64,000 nucleotides of DNA from Escherichia coli (GTDB lineage Bacteria; Pseudomonadota; Gammaproteobacteria; Enterobacterales; Enterobacteriaceae), in assembly GCF_044324875.1 (NCBI RefSeq), contig NZ_CP172185.1. One strand, written 5' to 3'. The stretch's first letter is position 1. Each line of letters opens with the position of its first letter. The notes beneath the pieces are model-generated. The model did not search any database, was not told the DNA's origin, and saw only the letters and a list, made by a program, of their open reading frames with translations. Below, piece after piece: positions 31,969 through 40,910 of this stretch. The position numbers and the translations under genes were made by a program.

Positions 31969-32281
31969 AATCTCTCCGGAGGGCTGTATGTCCCAGAGTT
32001 ACGTTCAGACAGAGATGCCATCTAGGTACTGTCAGGCAGACGAAGAGTGGATTCAGCAGCAGTTACAGGGGCTACCACCGTCACTGAGACGGAAGGTCGC
32101 CCTGAAATATGCGGAGGTATACGAAATCACTTTTGACGCTGAGCCTGTTTCATTCCGCAAGGAGAACAGAGCAAGGCACGAAGCAAACACAAGGCTCCGC
32201 TTGTTTGTGAGAAATCAGGGCAGAGCTTTACAGGGGTATGCAACTCAGCCGCCCCTGGCAGGAACGCAATCGCGCTCCTGA
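31958..32281 (+). CDS. Hypothetical 107-aa protein at the cII position
   Basis: ORF overlapping the cro stop. I do not recognise the family. Confidence 0.6.
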   Translation: MAYEISPEGCMSQSYVQTEMPSRYCQADEEWIQQQLQGLPPSLRRKVALKYAEVYEITFDAEPVSFRKENRARHEANTRLRLFVRNQGRALQGYATQPPLAGTQSRS

Positions 32282-32539
32282 TTGGTACCGGGCTTAAAGG
32301 TGTCCGGTGGCTGATTGAAAATGGTAAAAATATTTAGACGTCTATATGTCTGGATGTATTTACCACCCCCTAAATGTTTATGGGGGAAAGGGGGCGGTGT
32401 TGATCTTTTAGCGCGAAGCGCTGGAACAGGCTTTTCCAAGAAGACGGGTACATAGGTTAGGTAGATCTCTGTAAAGGGGAAATACCAGAAGATGTGCGGA
32501 CGCCTAGACGTCCAGATGTAAATGTTCAGAGGTGATTTT

Positions 32540-33142
32540 ATGGTTAACAGTTTTGATGGTGAAAAATGGCTTCCGGTTCCTGTTGCTCCGTATGGTGATG
32601 CTTACCTCGTTAGCTCGGCGGGACGCATCCGTGGGGTTAATCGAATTGCTGAATCGGAATTTTTTATTCGCCAAATTCGTGGCGTGTTCCTCAAGGGAAG
32701 AGTGCGCCGGGATGGATATAAAACCGTTAACCTGAGCTACAAACGTAATCGCCAAACTTTTGCCGTACACCGTCTGGTAGCGCTGGCTTTTTGCAGCAAC
32801 CCTTACAACCACCCTGAAGTGAACCATAAGGACGGCAACAAGCTGAATAACCATGCATCCAATCTGGAGTGGGTTAGCCATAGCGAAAACATTCAGCATT
32901 CTATTCACACCGGGCTGAATAATTCTCAGGGGGCGAACAACAAACAATTTAAGGGCCTGATTGTCGCCACAAATATTGCGACCAGGGAAGAGCAAACCTT
33001 TTGCGGGAAAAAGGCGCTAATTAGTGCCGGGTTTGATCACGGTAGTGTTTATGCTGTTATTGCTGGAAGAACAAAGTCTCATCGCGGTCACCATTTCAGG
33101 CGCCTCCCGCTGAACCATGGGGAGGCAGCACAATGCAGCTGA
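32540..33142 (+). CDS. HNH homing-type endonuclease (NUMOD4 + HNH_3 architecture)
   Basis: 200 aa from MVNSFDGEKWLPV... (NUMOD4-like) with the HNH core VNHKDGNKLNNHASNLEWVSHSEN. Confidence 0.8.
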   Translation: MVNSFDGEKWLPVPVAPYGDAYLVSSAGRIRGVNRIAESEFFIRQIRGVFLKGRVRRDGYKTVNLSYKRNRQTFAVHRLVALAFCSNPYNHPEVNHKDGNKLNNHASNLEWVSHSENIQHSIHTGLNNSQGANNKQFKGLIVATNIATREEQTFCGKKALISAGFDHGSVYAVIAGRTKSHRGHHFRRLPLNHGEAAQCS

Positions 33143-34791
33143 CAATCACGCCGAATTTTGCACAGGAGCGAGCGCTAAACATGTTGCGCCGTGACTGGAA
33201 GGCAAACGACACCTTCATGGTTTACTCGCCAACAGGTAGCGGTAAAACGGGTCTGGCAGCCTTCATAGTTGCTGGTTTTGTCAGCCGTGGTATGCGCGTT
33301 CTGTTCTGTGTTCCGTACACCATCCTGATTGGTCAGACGGCTAATCGGTTCGTGCAGTATGGTTTACCTGGAGATGAAATCGGTTATATCTGGGCGGATC
33401 ACCCTAACTACGATCCGGACCGGAAAATTCAGATTGCCAGCGCTGACACGCTTATTCGTCGTGTTTTTCCTGAAAATATCGATCTGCTGATTATCGACGA
33501 AGCGCACCTGCGTAAAAAACGCATCCTGAAGGATATCGAACGTCTGCGCGGCAAAGGCGTAAAGGTGATTGGCCTGTCGGGTACTCCGTTTTCTCCGTTC
33601 CTGGGCAAATACTATGACCGACTGATTAAGCCGACCACCATCGGCGAGTTAATCCAGCGTGGCGATCTGAGTAAATACGAATTTTACGCGCCAACTAAGC
33701 CGGATCTGAAAGGTGTTAAAACCACATCTTCGCTTGAGTACGGCCGCGATTACAACGAAACACAGCTGGCTGAAATCATGTGCGGCTCTACGCTGGTGGG
33801 CGACATCGTACAGAACTGGCTGGAGAATGGTCGGGATCTACCTACCATCGCTTTCTGCGTCAACGTAGCTCATGCCAATTATCTGACAATCCAGTTTAAC
33901 CTGGCGGGTGTTAACGCTGAGGTAATGACCGCCGACACTCCGGTAGATGAGCGCCAGACCATCATTCACCGCTTTGAAACCGGTGCAACGAAAATCATCG
34001 TTAGTGTGGGCGTTCTGGTAGCCGGATTCGATAGTGACGTTCGTTGCATCATCTACGCCAGACCAACAAAAAGCGAAATTCGCTGGTTGCAGGCACTCGG
34101 GCGTGGACTTCGCACCGCACCGGGTAAAGAGTCCTGCCTTATCTTCGATCACAGCGGCACCGTGCACCGTCTGGGTTATCCGGATTCAATCGAGTACGAC
34201 GATCTTCCCGGTAAGTCTGACGGCATGGAGGAAAGCACGCGCCGCGCAGTTGAGGAACGGGCCGAAAAATTGCCACATGAATGCCCTCAATGCCACTACA
34301 TGAAGCCAGCTGGCGTCTATGTTTGCCCGAAATGTGGACACAAGCCGCTGCGAGGTGAAGACGTTGATACTGACACTAGCCGCAAACTTAATAAGCTGGG
34401 TAAAAATCAGCATCAGTCCACGAAGGCAGAGAAACAGGCCTGGTGGAGTCAGATCAAATTTTATCAGCGCCAGCGTGCCTCACTGGGGCGTCCAGTCAGT
34501 GATGGATGGTGCGCTCACACTTTCAGGGAGAAATTCGGTGAATGGCCTGATGGGTTGAGTAGTTTCCCGATGGAAATAAGCCCAGAGGTAAGTAACTACA
34601 TCAGACACAAGCTGATCCGGTTTGCTAAAGGTCGTGAACGGACACGGAGGATGACGAAAAACTCATCCGAAGTGCTTTCTCTGCCACTGGTTGTTGGTGG
34701 CCGGTATGTTCCACCGGAAGAAAGTGAGGCTTGGCACATTATGCAGGCAAAGCAACAATTCCAGAAAAATATAAACAGTCTGAGTCAGTAA
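33133..34791 (+). CDS. SF2 DEAD/DEAH-box helicase with C-terminal zinc ribbon (replication)
   Basis: 552 aa with Walker A SPTGSGKTG, DEAH (IIDEAH), helicase-C motifs (QALGRGLR) and CPQC...CPKC. Confidence 0.88.
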   Translation: MQLTITPNFAQERALNMLRRDWKANDTFMVYSPTGSGKTGLAAFIVAGFVSRGMRVLFCVPYTILIGQTANRFVQYGLPGDEIGYIWADHPNYDPDRKIQIASADTLIRRVFPENIDLLIIDEAHLRKKRILKDIERLRGKGVKVIGLSGTPFSPFLGKYYDRLIKPTTIGELIQRGDLSKYEFYAPTKPDLKGVKTTSSLEYGRDYNETQLAEIMCGSTLVGDIVQNWLENGRDLPTIAFCVNVAHANYLTIQFNLAGVNAEVMTADTPVDERQTIIHRFETGATKIIVSVGVLVAGFDSDVRCIIYARPTKSEIRWLQALGRGLRTAPGKESCLIFDHSGTVHRLGYPDSIEYDDLPGKSDGMEESTRRAVEERAEKLPHECPQCHYMKPAGVYVCPKCGHKPLRGEDVDTDTSRKLNKLGKNQHQSTKAEKQAWWSQIKFYQRQRASLGRPVSDGWCAHTFREKFGEWPDGLSSFPMEISPEVSNYIRHKLIRFAKGRERTRRMTKNSSEVLSLPLVVGGRYVPPEESEAWHIMQAKQQFQKNINSLSQ

Positions 34792-34792
34792 G

Positions 34793-35761
34793 ATGAAAAC
34801 AGCAGATGCAGCGAAAGGCCGTTGGCCTGAAATATTAGAGCACTTCGGTCTGCCGCCGATAACCGGAAAAAATCACTTTAAGGGTGAATGCCCGGTATGC
34901 GGTGCACGTGGCAAGTTCCGAATTGACGACCGCGACGGTGCAGGAACGTGGATCTGTGTATGTGGTAGTGGCGATGGTATGAAACTTGTCACCCTGACAC
35001 AGGCGAAGCCATTTAACGAGATTTGTACCGAAATAGACCGCCTGATCGGTAATGATTACCAACGGGTTAAAATCCCGGTAACCAGCAGCGCCACCAGCTT
35101 ACGCAAACGGGTATTGAGCAAGTTTTCAAAACTGGAGGCACTGCGTGGTACATCCGGCGCCGCGTATCTTAATTCTCGTGGAATATTCAGTCTTCCTGCT
35201 GAGGCGATCAGGTTCAATGCCAGGCAGAGACACAACGGGAGTGTGTTCCAGTCTCTTTATTCACTTGCTACGGACGATAAAGGGGAGCTGTGCTATCTGC
35301 ATCAGACCCTGCTTGATGGTGATAAAAAAGCAGATATCGGTAGCAGTGCAAAGCGCCTCAAATCCCTGCAGGAAGATAACTATCTGGATCACGCTCGTTC
35401 TGTAGCTATCCGCATGTTTCCTGTCGCCAGCACTCTGGGTATCGCCGAAGGCATCGAAACAGCGCTGTCAGCGCACCAGATTTATAACGTGAACACCTGG
35501 GCAACCATTAACAGCGGCTTTATGAAAAAGTTCCGTGTACCAGCTGGTGTTCTGCATCTGATTATTTTTGCTGACCGTGACGAGAACAGCGCCACCGGGC
35601 TGGCTGCGGCTTGCGAATGTGCTCATGCCAATCTGATGGCAAAGAATGACCTGCAGCGCGTGAGCGTGTACTGGCCGGATCACGATGATTTCAACAATAT
35701 GCTCATGAACGGTGATCAGGTTCGGGAGCTGGTTTTCCATAAGAAAAAGGCGGTTGCGTAA
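34793..35761 (+). CDS. Zinc-ribbon/Toprim DNA primase
   Basis: 322 aa with a primase zinc ribbon (GECPVCGARGKFRID...WICVCG) and a Toprim-like region (IAEGIETALS, FADRDEN). Confidence 0.85.
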   Translation: MKTADAAKGRWPEILEHFGLPPITGKNHFKGECPVCGARGKFRIDDRDGAGTWICVCGSGDGMKLVTLTQAKPFNEICTEIDRLIGNDYQRVKIPVTSSATSLRKRVLSKFSKLEALRGTSGAAYLNSRGIFSLPAEAIRFNARQRHNGSVFQSLYSLATDDKGELCYLHQTLLDGDKKADIGSSAKRLKSLQEDNYLDHARSVAIRMFPVASTLGIAEGIETALSAHQIYNVNTWATINSGFMKKFRVPAGVLHLIIFADRDENSATGLAAACECAHANLMAKNDLQRVSVYWPDHDDFNNMLMNGDQVRELVFHKKKAVA

Positions 35762-36621
35762 TGCGTACTGATAACAACGAACATAAAGTACTATTCACCA
35801 TCCCGACGGCAGCGTACAGCTCCGCCCTCGCAAACATCAAGCCCCTGCCAGAGCAACGGAGAATCACCGGGCATAAGCAGACTGATGCTTATCTTTGGGT
35901 GCTGGAGGTTATCCGTCTGAACGAACCCGCACATCTGGATGCTGCTGAGGCTGCGCTGGTGAAAATTAAAATTTCCCCAAAAGAGGCTCAGGAACGCTAT
36001 TCGCGTTATCTGCTGGCGAATGGTTACGAACCTTTCCAGGTTGCGTTCGGCATCATCGGCATGGATAACCCGGCACAGGCAATCAGTATCGCCCGGGAGA
36101 ATATCAAAAAAGCAGCATCAGTCAGGGCTACGTTTGGTAGCTATGAAGCAGCACTCGAAGATGTGGAAGCCGAGCGAGTGATCAAGTCTTCCCAGAAATT
36201 TATCGACGATCATCTCTGGGGCTGGACTGCAGCCGAGAAGAAAGCGGGCAGAATTGACGGCATCCGTATGAATGAAATTGATGATCAGCGTCGTGCATAT
36301 GTTGATGGCTATCGTGATGTACTGCCAGAGCCTCATACATTGTCAGACGTAGTTCGTGAGTTTGTTTACTGGGACTGGCTCTACAGTGTTCGCCACACTG
36401 CAACTAAAGAACAGGGCGATGAGTTTGGTTACTTTGAGCATCACGAATCGGTATATGACCGCGAGCGCTACCTTGAAAAATTGCTGATGACCATCAAACC
36501 GGTGACACGGGCTGAAGCCGTGGAGGTGTGTCGTTGGTTTTTGGCAAGCGGAAAGGGCGAATATATGAAAGACAATAGCGCTGCGGTCATACTCAATCTG
36601 GTTGGGGAGTGTGAGCAATGA
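35761..36621 (+). CDS. Hypothetical 286-aa protein of the replication module
   Basis: The ATG overlaps the primase stop. I recognise no motif. Confidence 0.7.
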   Translation: MRTDNNEHKVLFTIPTAAYSSALANIKPLPEQRRITGHKQTDAYLWVLEVIRLNEPAHLDAAEAALVKIKISPKEAQERYSRYLLANGYEPFQVAFGIIGMDNPAQAISIARENIKKAASVRATFGSYEAALEDVEAERVIKSSQKFIDDHLWGWTAAEKKAGRIDGIRMNEIDDQRRAYVDGYRDVLPEPHTLSDVVREFVYWDWLYSVRHTATKEQGDEFGYFEHHESVYDRERYLEKLLMTIKPVTRAEAVEVCRWFLASGKGEYMKDNSAAVILNLVGECEQ

Positions 36622-36739
36622 AGCAGGGCTGGAAAGTTTGAAAAACTGGTGAAGGAGTTTACTGCGTGATGGCTGAATTTTTTCTCTATTCTGCCACGCT
36701 TTTTTGCAACAGGTGTGACTGGGTGGAAGGAGGGGACAG

Positions 36740-37111
36740 ATGCGTCTGGAATTTGTTTTGCCTTACCCGCCGCCGGTGAACACTTACTGGCACCGTCGTG
36801 GTGGTAAGTATTTTGTATCAAAAGCGGGGGAACGTTATCGTCGTGATGTCAGGCTTATTGTTCGCCAGCAGCAACTGAGATTAAGGCTGACCGGAAGACT
36901 GGGTATAAAAATCATCGCAGACCCGCCAGACAACCGCCGCCGTGACCTGGACAACATACTGAAAGTACCGCTGGATGCGCTGACCCATGCGGGGCTGCTT
37001 ATTGATGACGAACAGTTTGATGAAATTTATATCGTGCGTGGCGTGTCAGTACCTGACGGGCGTCTGGGAGTGAAGATTTACGAAATTACAGGTGGTAACA
37101 ATGGCGCGTGA
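36740..37111 (+). CDS. rusA: Holliday-junction resolvase RusA
   Basis: 123 aa ([17 protein letters not shown]...[27 protein letters not shown]). Matches the RusA family. Confidence 0.9.
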   Translation: MRLEFVLPYPPPVNTYWHRRGGKYFVSKAGERYRRDVRLIVRQQQLRLRLTGRLGIKIIADPPDNRRRDLDNILKVPLDALTHAGLLIDDEQFDEIYIVRGVSVPDGRLGVKIYEITGGNNGA

Positions 37112-37526
37112 TATTCAGCAGGTTATGGAGCGATGGGGGGCATGGGTGGCGAATAACCACGAAGACGTGGAATGGTCATCCATTGCCGCCGGATTCAAGG
37201 GGCTGATACCGTCAAAAGTAAAATCGCGACCGCAGTGTTCCGATGATGACGCGATGATTATCTGTGGTTGTATGGCTCAACTGAACCGGAACAACAGTGA
37301 TTTGCATGAATTGCTGGTTGATTACTACGTGTGTGGGATGACGCTGATGAAGTTAGCAAGGAAACATGGATGTTCTGATACGCATATTGGAAAGCGTTTG
37401 CAAAAAGCTGAAGGAGTGGTTGATGGCATGTTGATGATGCTGGGAGTAAGACTTGAGATGGATCGGTATGTGAGCGTAAATTATTCGATGTGCCGTAAAA
37501 CTCCGTCCTTCAGGGCAGGGATATAA
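37101..37526 (+). CDS. Q: Late-gene antiterminator Q (933W-type Q family)
   Basis: 141 aa from [35 protein letters not shown]...[13 protein letters not shown]. It closely resembles the Q of Stx2 phage 933W as I recall it. Confidence 0.85.
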   Translation: MARDIQQVMERWGAWVANNHEDVEWSSIAAGFKGLIPSKVKSRPQCSDDDAMIICGCMAQLNRNNSDLHELLVDYYVCGMTLMKLARKHGCSDTHIGKRLQKAEGVVDGMLMMLGVRLEMDRYVSVNYSMCRKTPSFRAGI

Positions 37527-37540
37527 GGCGTACAGGATAA

Positions 37541-37565
37541 ATAAAAGAACGGGCGCAAAGCGCCC
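37541..37565 (-). terminator. Probable terminator of the porin gene
   Basis: The minus strand reads GGGCGC-TTT-GCGCCC followed by GTTCTTTTAT. Confidence 0.5.
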
Positions 37566-37709
37566 AAGTATAAACAACAAAAAACGGTAATAAATAACAG
37601 AAAGTCCGTTGGAAAAGTTAAGTACTGTCCAACGTTTTGCAGTGGCATGAGGGCACCACTTTATATGTCAGAAAAGTTTCACTCTCCCGACATATTCTTA
37701 CAAAACAAA

Positions 37710-38813
37710 TCAGAACTGATAAGTCAAACCAACAGCGACAATATCATCGGTTAATACATCAGTTCTTTCAGTGAATTGATTCTTATCAAGCAGGTTGATT
37801 TTATAGTCTACGTATGTAGACATATTTTTGTTGAAGTAATAAGCAGCACCGACTTCAATGAATTTTTCAATGTATCCGTCATTATGTTTTTCAGGGATAC
37901 CAGTTTTGGTGGAAAGGTCTTTGGCTTTCGACTGGATATAAGCAAGAGACGGGCGCAAACCAAAGTCGAACTGATACTGTGCAACTACAGCGAAATCTTC
38001 AGTTTTATTGGCTACACCGTTGTAGCCGCCGGGCGAGTACTTGATTGCGCGGGTATTACGTGTTTCACCATAAGTGGCTGCCAGGTACAGATTATTCGCG
38101 TCATATTTTACGCTGGTAGCCCACTGTTCAGCTTTTTTACCTTTACCAAAAGTCGTCGCTTCCTGTGCATTGGTGCGATCGGCTGCACCATATGCAGCTA
38201 CAAAACCAAAGCCTTCATATTCATAACTGACAGAGCCGCCAACACCGTCGCCGTTTGAAGTGCCTGCATTGTCACGCTCATTTTTACCCAGATACTGAAC
38301 CGCAAAGTTCAGTCCATCAACCAGACCGAAGAAGTCGGTATTACGGTAAGTGGCAACACCACCTACACGACCCACGAAGAAGTTATCCCCGTTAACAGAA
38401 CCAGGCCCAAATTCAGGGAGGACATCAGTATAGCTTAATGCGTCATACACCACGCCATAGTTACGACCATAATCCAGAGAGCCAATATTTTCTAGTTTCA
38501 GGCCAGCGTATGCCAGACGGGTTTTGTCTCCTGCAGAGCCATCTTTTTCTGCCTTGTTGCCTTTGAATTCATATTCCCATTGACCAAAACCAGTTAACTG
38601 ATTGTTGATTTGGGTTTCACCTTTGAATCCAAGACGGGCATAAGTTCCATCACCTTCTTCTTTGGCGTTAGAAGAAAAGTAATGTTTACCCACTACTTTG
38701 CCATATAAATCCAGTTTATTACTGTTTTTATTATATATTTCTGCTGCATTTGCAGACATTGCCAGAAATACTGATGCTGCTACAGCAGAAAGTGCCACTG
38801 TTAAATTTTTCAT
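37710..38813 (-). CDS. Prophage-encoded general porin (OmpC/OmpF/NmpC/Lc family)
   Basis: 367 aa with a signal peptide ...[10 protein letters not shown], the porin motifs LDLYGKV and GFGQWEYEF, and a C-terminal ...VGLTYQF. Confidence 0.92.
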   Translation of the reverse strand: MKNLTVALSAVAASVFLAMSANAAEIYNKNSNKLDLYGKVVGKHYFSSNAKEEGDGTYARLGFKGETQINNQLTGFGQWEYEFKGNKAEKDGSAGDKTRLAYAGLKLENIGSLDYGRNYGVVYDALSYTDVLPEFGPGSVNGDNFFVGRVGGVATYRNTDFFGLVDGLNFAVQYLGKNERDNAGTSNGDGVGGSVSYEYEGFGFVAAYGAADRTNAQEATTFGKGKKAEQWATSVKYDANNLYLAATYGETRNTRAIKYSPGGYNGVANKTEDFAVVAQYQFDFGLRPSLAYIQSKAKDLSTKTGIPEKHNDGYIEKFIEVGAAYYFNKNMSTYVDYKINLLDKNQFTERTDVLTDDIVAVGLTYQF

Positions 38814-39263
38814 TTTTTATCCTCTGGTGGGAGTTAATTGGACGACAAAATGCTATCAGGATGAAAATTTAATTTCTGTGTATAATGTATACAAGGAAAA
38901 TTAAGGAGTCCGATTCTTTATATGTGACCACCATCACAAAATAAGAAGTCATGCAAGCTAATAAATAGATGGCTATCTTTCACTCAAAAAATTAAGATCA
39001 ATCTTTTTTATTAGAAGTGCTAAATATATTTAATTATTTGGGGTTGTGAGTTATTTATATAACCTTAATAAAGACATTACTTTTGAAGAAAAATACGTGC
39101 ATAGAAGAATGCATAATCTTTAATTACATCTTGCCAAGCGTCGCAACAATCCAGAGATTGTATGTGGGGTGAATCATGCAGCATGCAGGGTATGAACAAA
39201 CACTTTACGATCGTAAAAGTATGCATATCATGGTAAGAGTGGTTCCTACGCCACACAACTTAA

Positions 39264-39285
39264 ACCCGCAGCCAGGCGGTTTTTT
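39264..39285 (+). terminator. Weak terminator-like hairpin plus T6 (possible tR'-type site)
   Basis: ccgc-agccag-gcgg followed by tttttt. The stem is only 4 bp. Confidence 0.3.
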
Positions 39286-39411
39286 ACATCGAAAATCTGC
39301 ACCGGACATTAAGCTCTTTGGCGGACCAGATAAGAGGTGCGCTTAGTTGGGTTTGTCGGGCTTTCTCTGAGATTTGCGGTATTAATCCCGTAACGTTATT
39401 ATGCTGCTCGA

Positions 39412-39487
39412 GGCCCTTTAGCTCAGTGGTGAGAGCGAGCGACTCATAATCGCAAGGGCGCTGGTTCAAATTCAGCAAGGGCCACCA
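39412..39487 (+). tRNA. tRNA with CAT anticodon (Ile2/lysidine type like phage ileZ, or Met)
   Basis: Manual cloverleaf: acceptor GGCCCTT/AAGGGCC, D arm GCTC/GAGC, anticodon loop CTCATAA, T loop TTCAAAT, encoded CCA. There is one A-A mismatch at the top of the anticodon stem, and 53-61 is G-T. Confidence 0.8.
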
Positions 39488-39488
39488 A

Positions 39489-39565
39489 CCGCTACTAGCT
39501 CATCAGGAAAGAGCGTCAACCCTTTAAGTTGAGTGCGCTAGGTTCGATTCCCCGCTGGCGGTCCA
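39489..39565 (+). pseudogene. Decayed tRNA-like gene
   Basis: Canonical spacing, intact D and anticodon stems, and an encoded CCA. However, the anticodon loop is CCTTTAA (C at position 33), there are two T-stem mismatches and a C-C pair at 7-66. Confidence 0.4.
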
Positions 39566-39567
39566 GC

Positions 39568-39640
39568 GCCGACTTACCTCAGTCGGCAGAACAGTTTAGT
39601 TGTAACCATCAGGCCACCACTTCAATTCCGGTAGTCGGCA
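39568..39640 (+). pseudogene. Strongly decayed tRNA-like gene
   Basis: Perfect 7-bp acceptor stem (GCCGACT with AGTCGGC), U8, and T loop TTCAATT. The D, anticodon and T stems do not pair. Confidence 0.3.
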
Positions 39641-39980
39641 CTAAATTTCCAAGCTCGTGCTCACGGCCTGCTTCATATCCGCGCCAGGTCCGTCGCGATT
39701 AAACCACAGGGCTTTTCAGGAGGGGCCACAGAGAGCGTCACACTGACCATTCCCTGTGGCTTGTGCTGAGATCCGGTCAGTGAAATTGTGCAAAGGGAAT
39801 CTTCGGGAGCTTTGGGCAGAATGTCAGTTATTGATGTTGACATCCTCCACACCCTGAAGGTCGGGGTTTTACGGCGCACTGGATAAAATACCTGAACAAA
39901 CAGCCTCTTCGTGCGGCTTTTTTATAACGAGATTCTGACTTGCTGCCGTCCGTAATGTCGGATGGCGGAGGTGAGGGACT

Positions 39981-40253
39981 ATGAGAATGGACGAACGATA
40001 CAGTAACGCTGCATACGGCAGCGCAGGACTTGTTGCGTTCTTTGCCAGCCTGTCACTGCAGGATTGGGGATTTATTATCGGCGTGGCGTTCAGTATCATT
40101 CTTGGCGTTCTTACTTATCGCCTTAACAAACGGGAGCAGGAAAAACGAACCCGCATATTGCTCGAAATTCTGGAACGAACTAATGCCGGTAATGTTCCGG
40201 CTACGGCACATGCTGTGGCTGAGATTGCGAAAAAGGCACCAAAAGAAATATGA
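39981..40253 (+). CDS. Class II (two-TM, pinholin-like) holin with dual-start motif
   Basis: 90 aa. The protein begins M-R-M (like lambda S, which begins M-K-M). It has two TM spans (AAYGSAGLVAFFASLSL and WGFIIGVAFSIILGVLTY) and a charged tail. A GGAGGTGAGGG Shine-Dalgarno region lies upstream. Confidence 0.75.
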   Translation: MRMDERYSNAAYGSAGLVAFFASLSLQDWGFIIGVAFSIILGVLTYRLNKREQEKRTRILLEILERTNAGNVPATAHAVAEIAKKAPKEI

Positions 40254-40409
40254 CGAATATCCCGGGAGTGAGGGGATAATATACCTTTTAACAAAATCCG
40301 GGAACATGAAACGCCCGGAACGTTTCATGAGGCATGCCCCGTGGGGAGCAGGGCATAACTGTGCGGAATAGCTTTCATTGTGATATCAATAATCACGGTA
40401 TTCAAAATA

Positions 40410-40787
40410 TTACGGGCCTGTGGGATCAGGTTGTTTTTTGTCTGATTCCAGAGGGAAGGGACGCTGTTTCGGTTCTCTGAACTTTAGTGATAATGAATTG
40501 AAAATCCTCATTTTTTGCTGCCATGCATAATGTCTGTCCCATGAACAGGGGGGGCTCAATTCTTCATTCACCCATGCGTTAATATCTTGTTTCAGGTGTT
40601 GAAGCATACGGGGTGTTAATGCACTCATAATAATATCCAGCGTTTTATGCGAGAGTTTACCGTAAGGGTCTGCAAGGATGCTGCTCGTTGCTTCGTTATT
40701 ATCCACCATAAGTGGAAGTAGCGCTGATTTAACTTTTTCTGTCATTAGTTGCAAAAATCTACTGCGCAAATTTTCTTTACTGTTCAT
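40410..40787 (-). CDS. Hypothetical 125-aa protein, reverse-strand moron inside the lysis cassette
   Basis: ORF on the opposite strand between holin and endolysin. I recognise no motif. Confidence 0.6.
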   Translation of the reverse strand: MNSKENLRSRFLQLMTEKVKSALLPLMVDNNEATSSILADPYGKLSHKTLDIIMSALTPRMLQHLKQDINAWVNEELSPPCSWDRHYAWQQKMRIFNSLSLKFREPKQRPFPLESDKKQPDPTGP

Positions 40788-40910
40788 TTCTGAAGCCTCA
40801 TCTGTTGTCGTTTGGTTTTCCTGAACGGGTATGTTTATGAGACATGCTGGTACTGGATTATATACCTGATATATCCAGGATTATAAACCTTTAGATCCTG
40901 ATAAATATAC

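Noticed and set aside
32504-32995. 163-aa minus-strand ORF
   Set aside because: Antisense to the HNH endonuclease gene, which carries clear catalytic motifs.
39412-39640. Idea that a phage tRNA could be an amber suppressor rescuing the TAG codon in gene K
   Set aside because: The anticodon loops read CAT and (degenerate) TTT. No CTA anticodon can be placed in any of the three units.
39673-40099. 68-aa and 76-aa minus-strand ORFs in the gap between the tRNA array and the holin
   Set aside because: A GTG start or a GGAGG directly abutting the ATG (no spacer), no motifs, and overlap with the holin 5' end. I treat the region as non-coding remnant DNA, with low certainty.
39641-40900. Search for Shiga toxin genes, because of the yehV integration site, the 933W-like Q and the tRNA array
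   Set aside because: No ORF of StxA or StxB size or sequence exists between the tRNAs and the endolysin. The prophage is stx-negative in this window.
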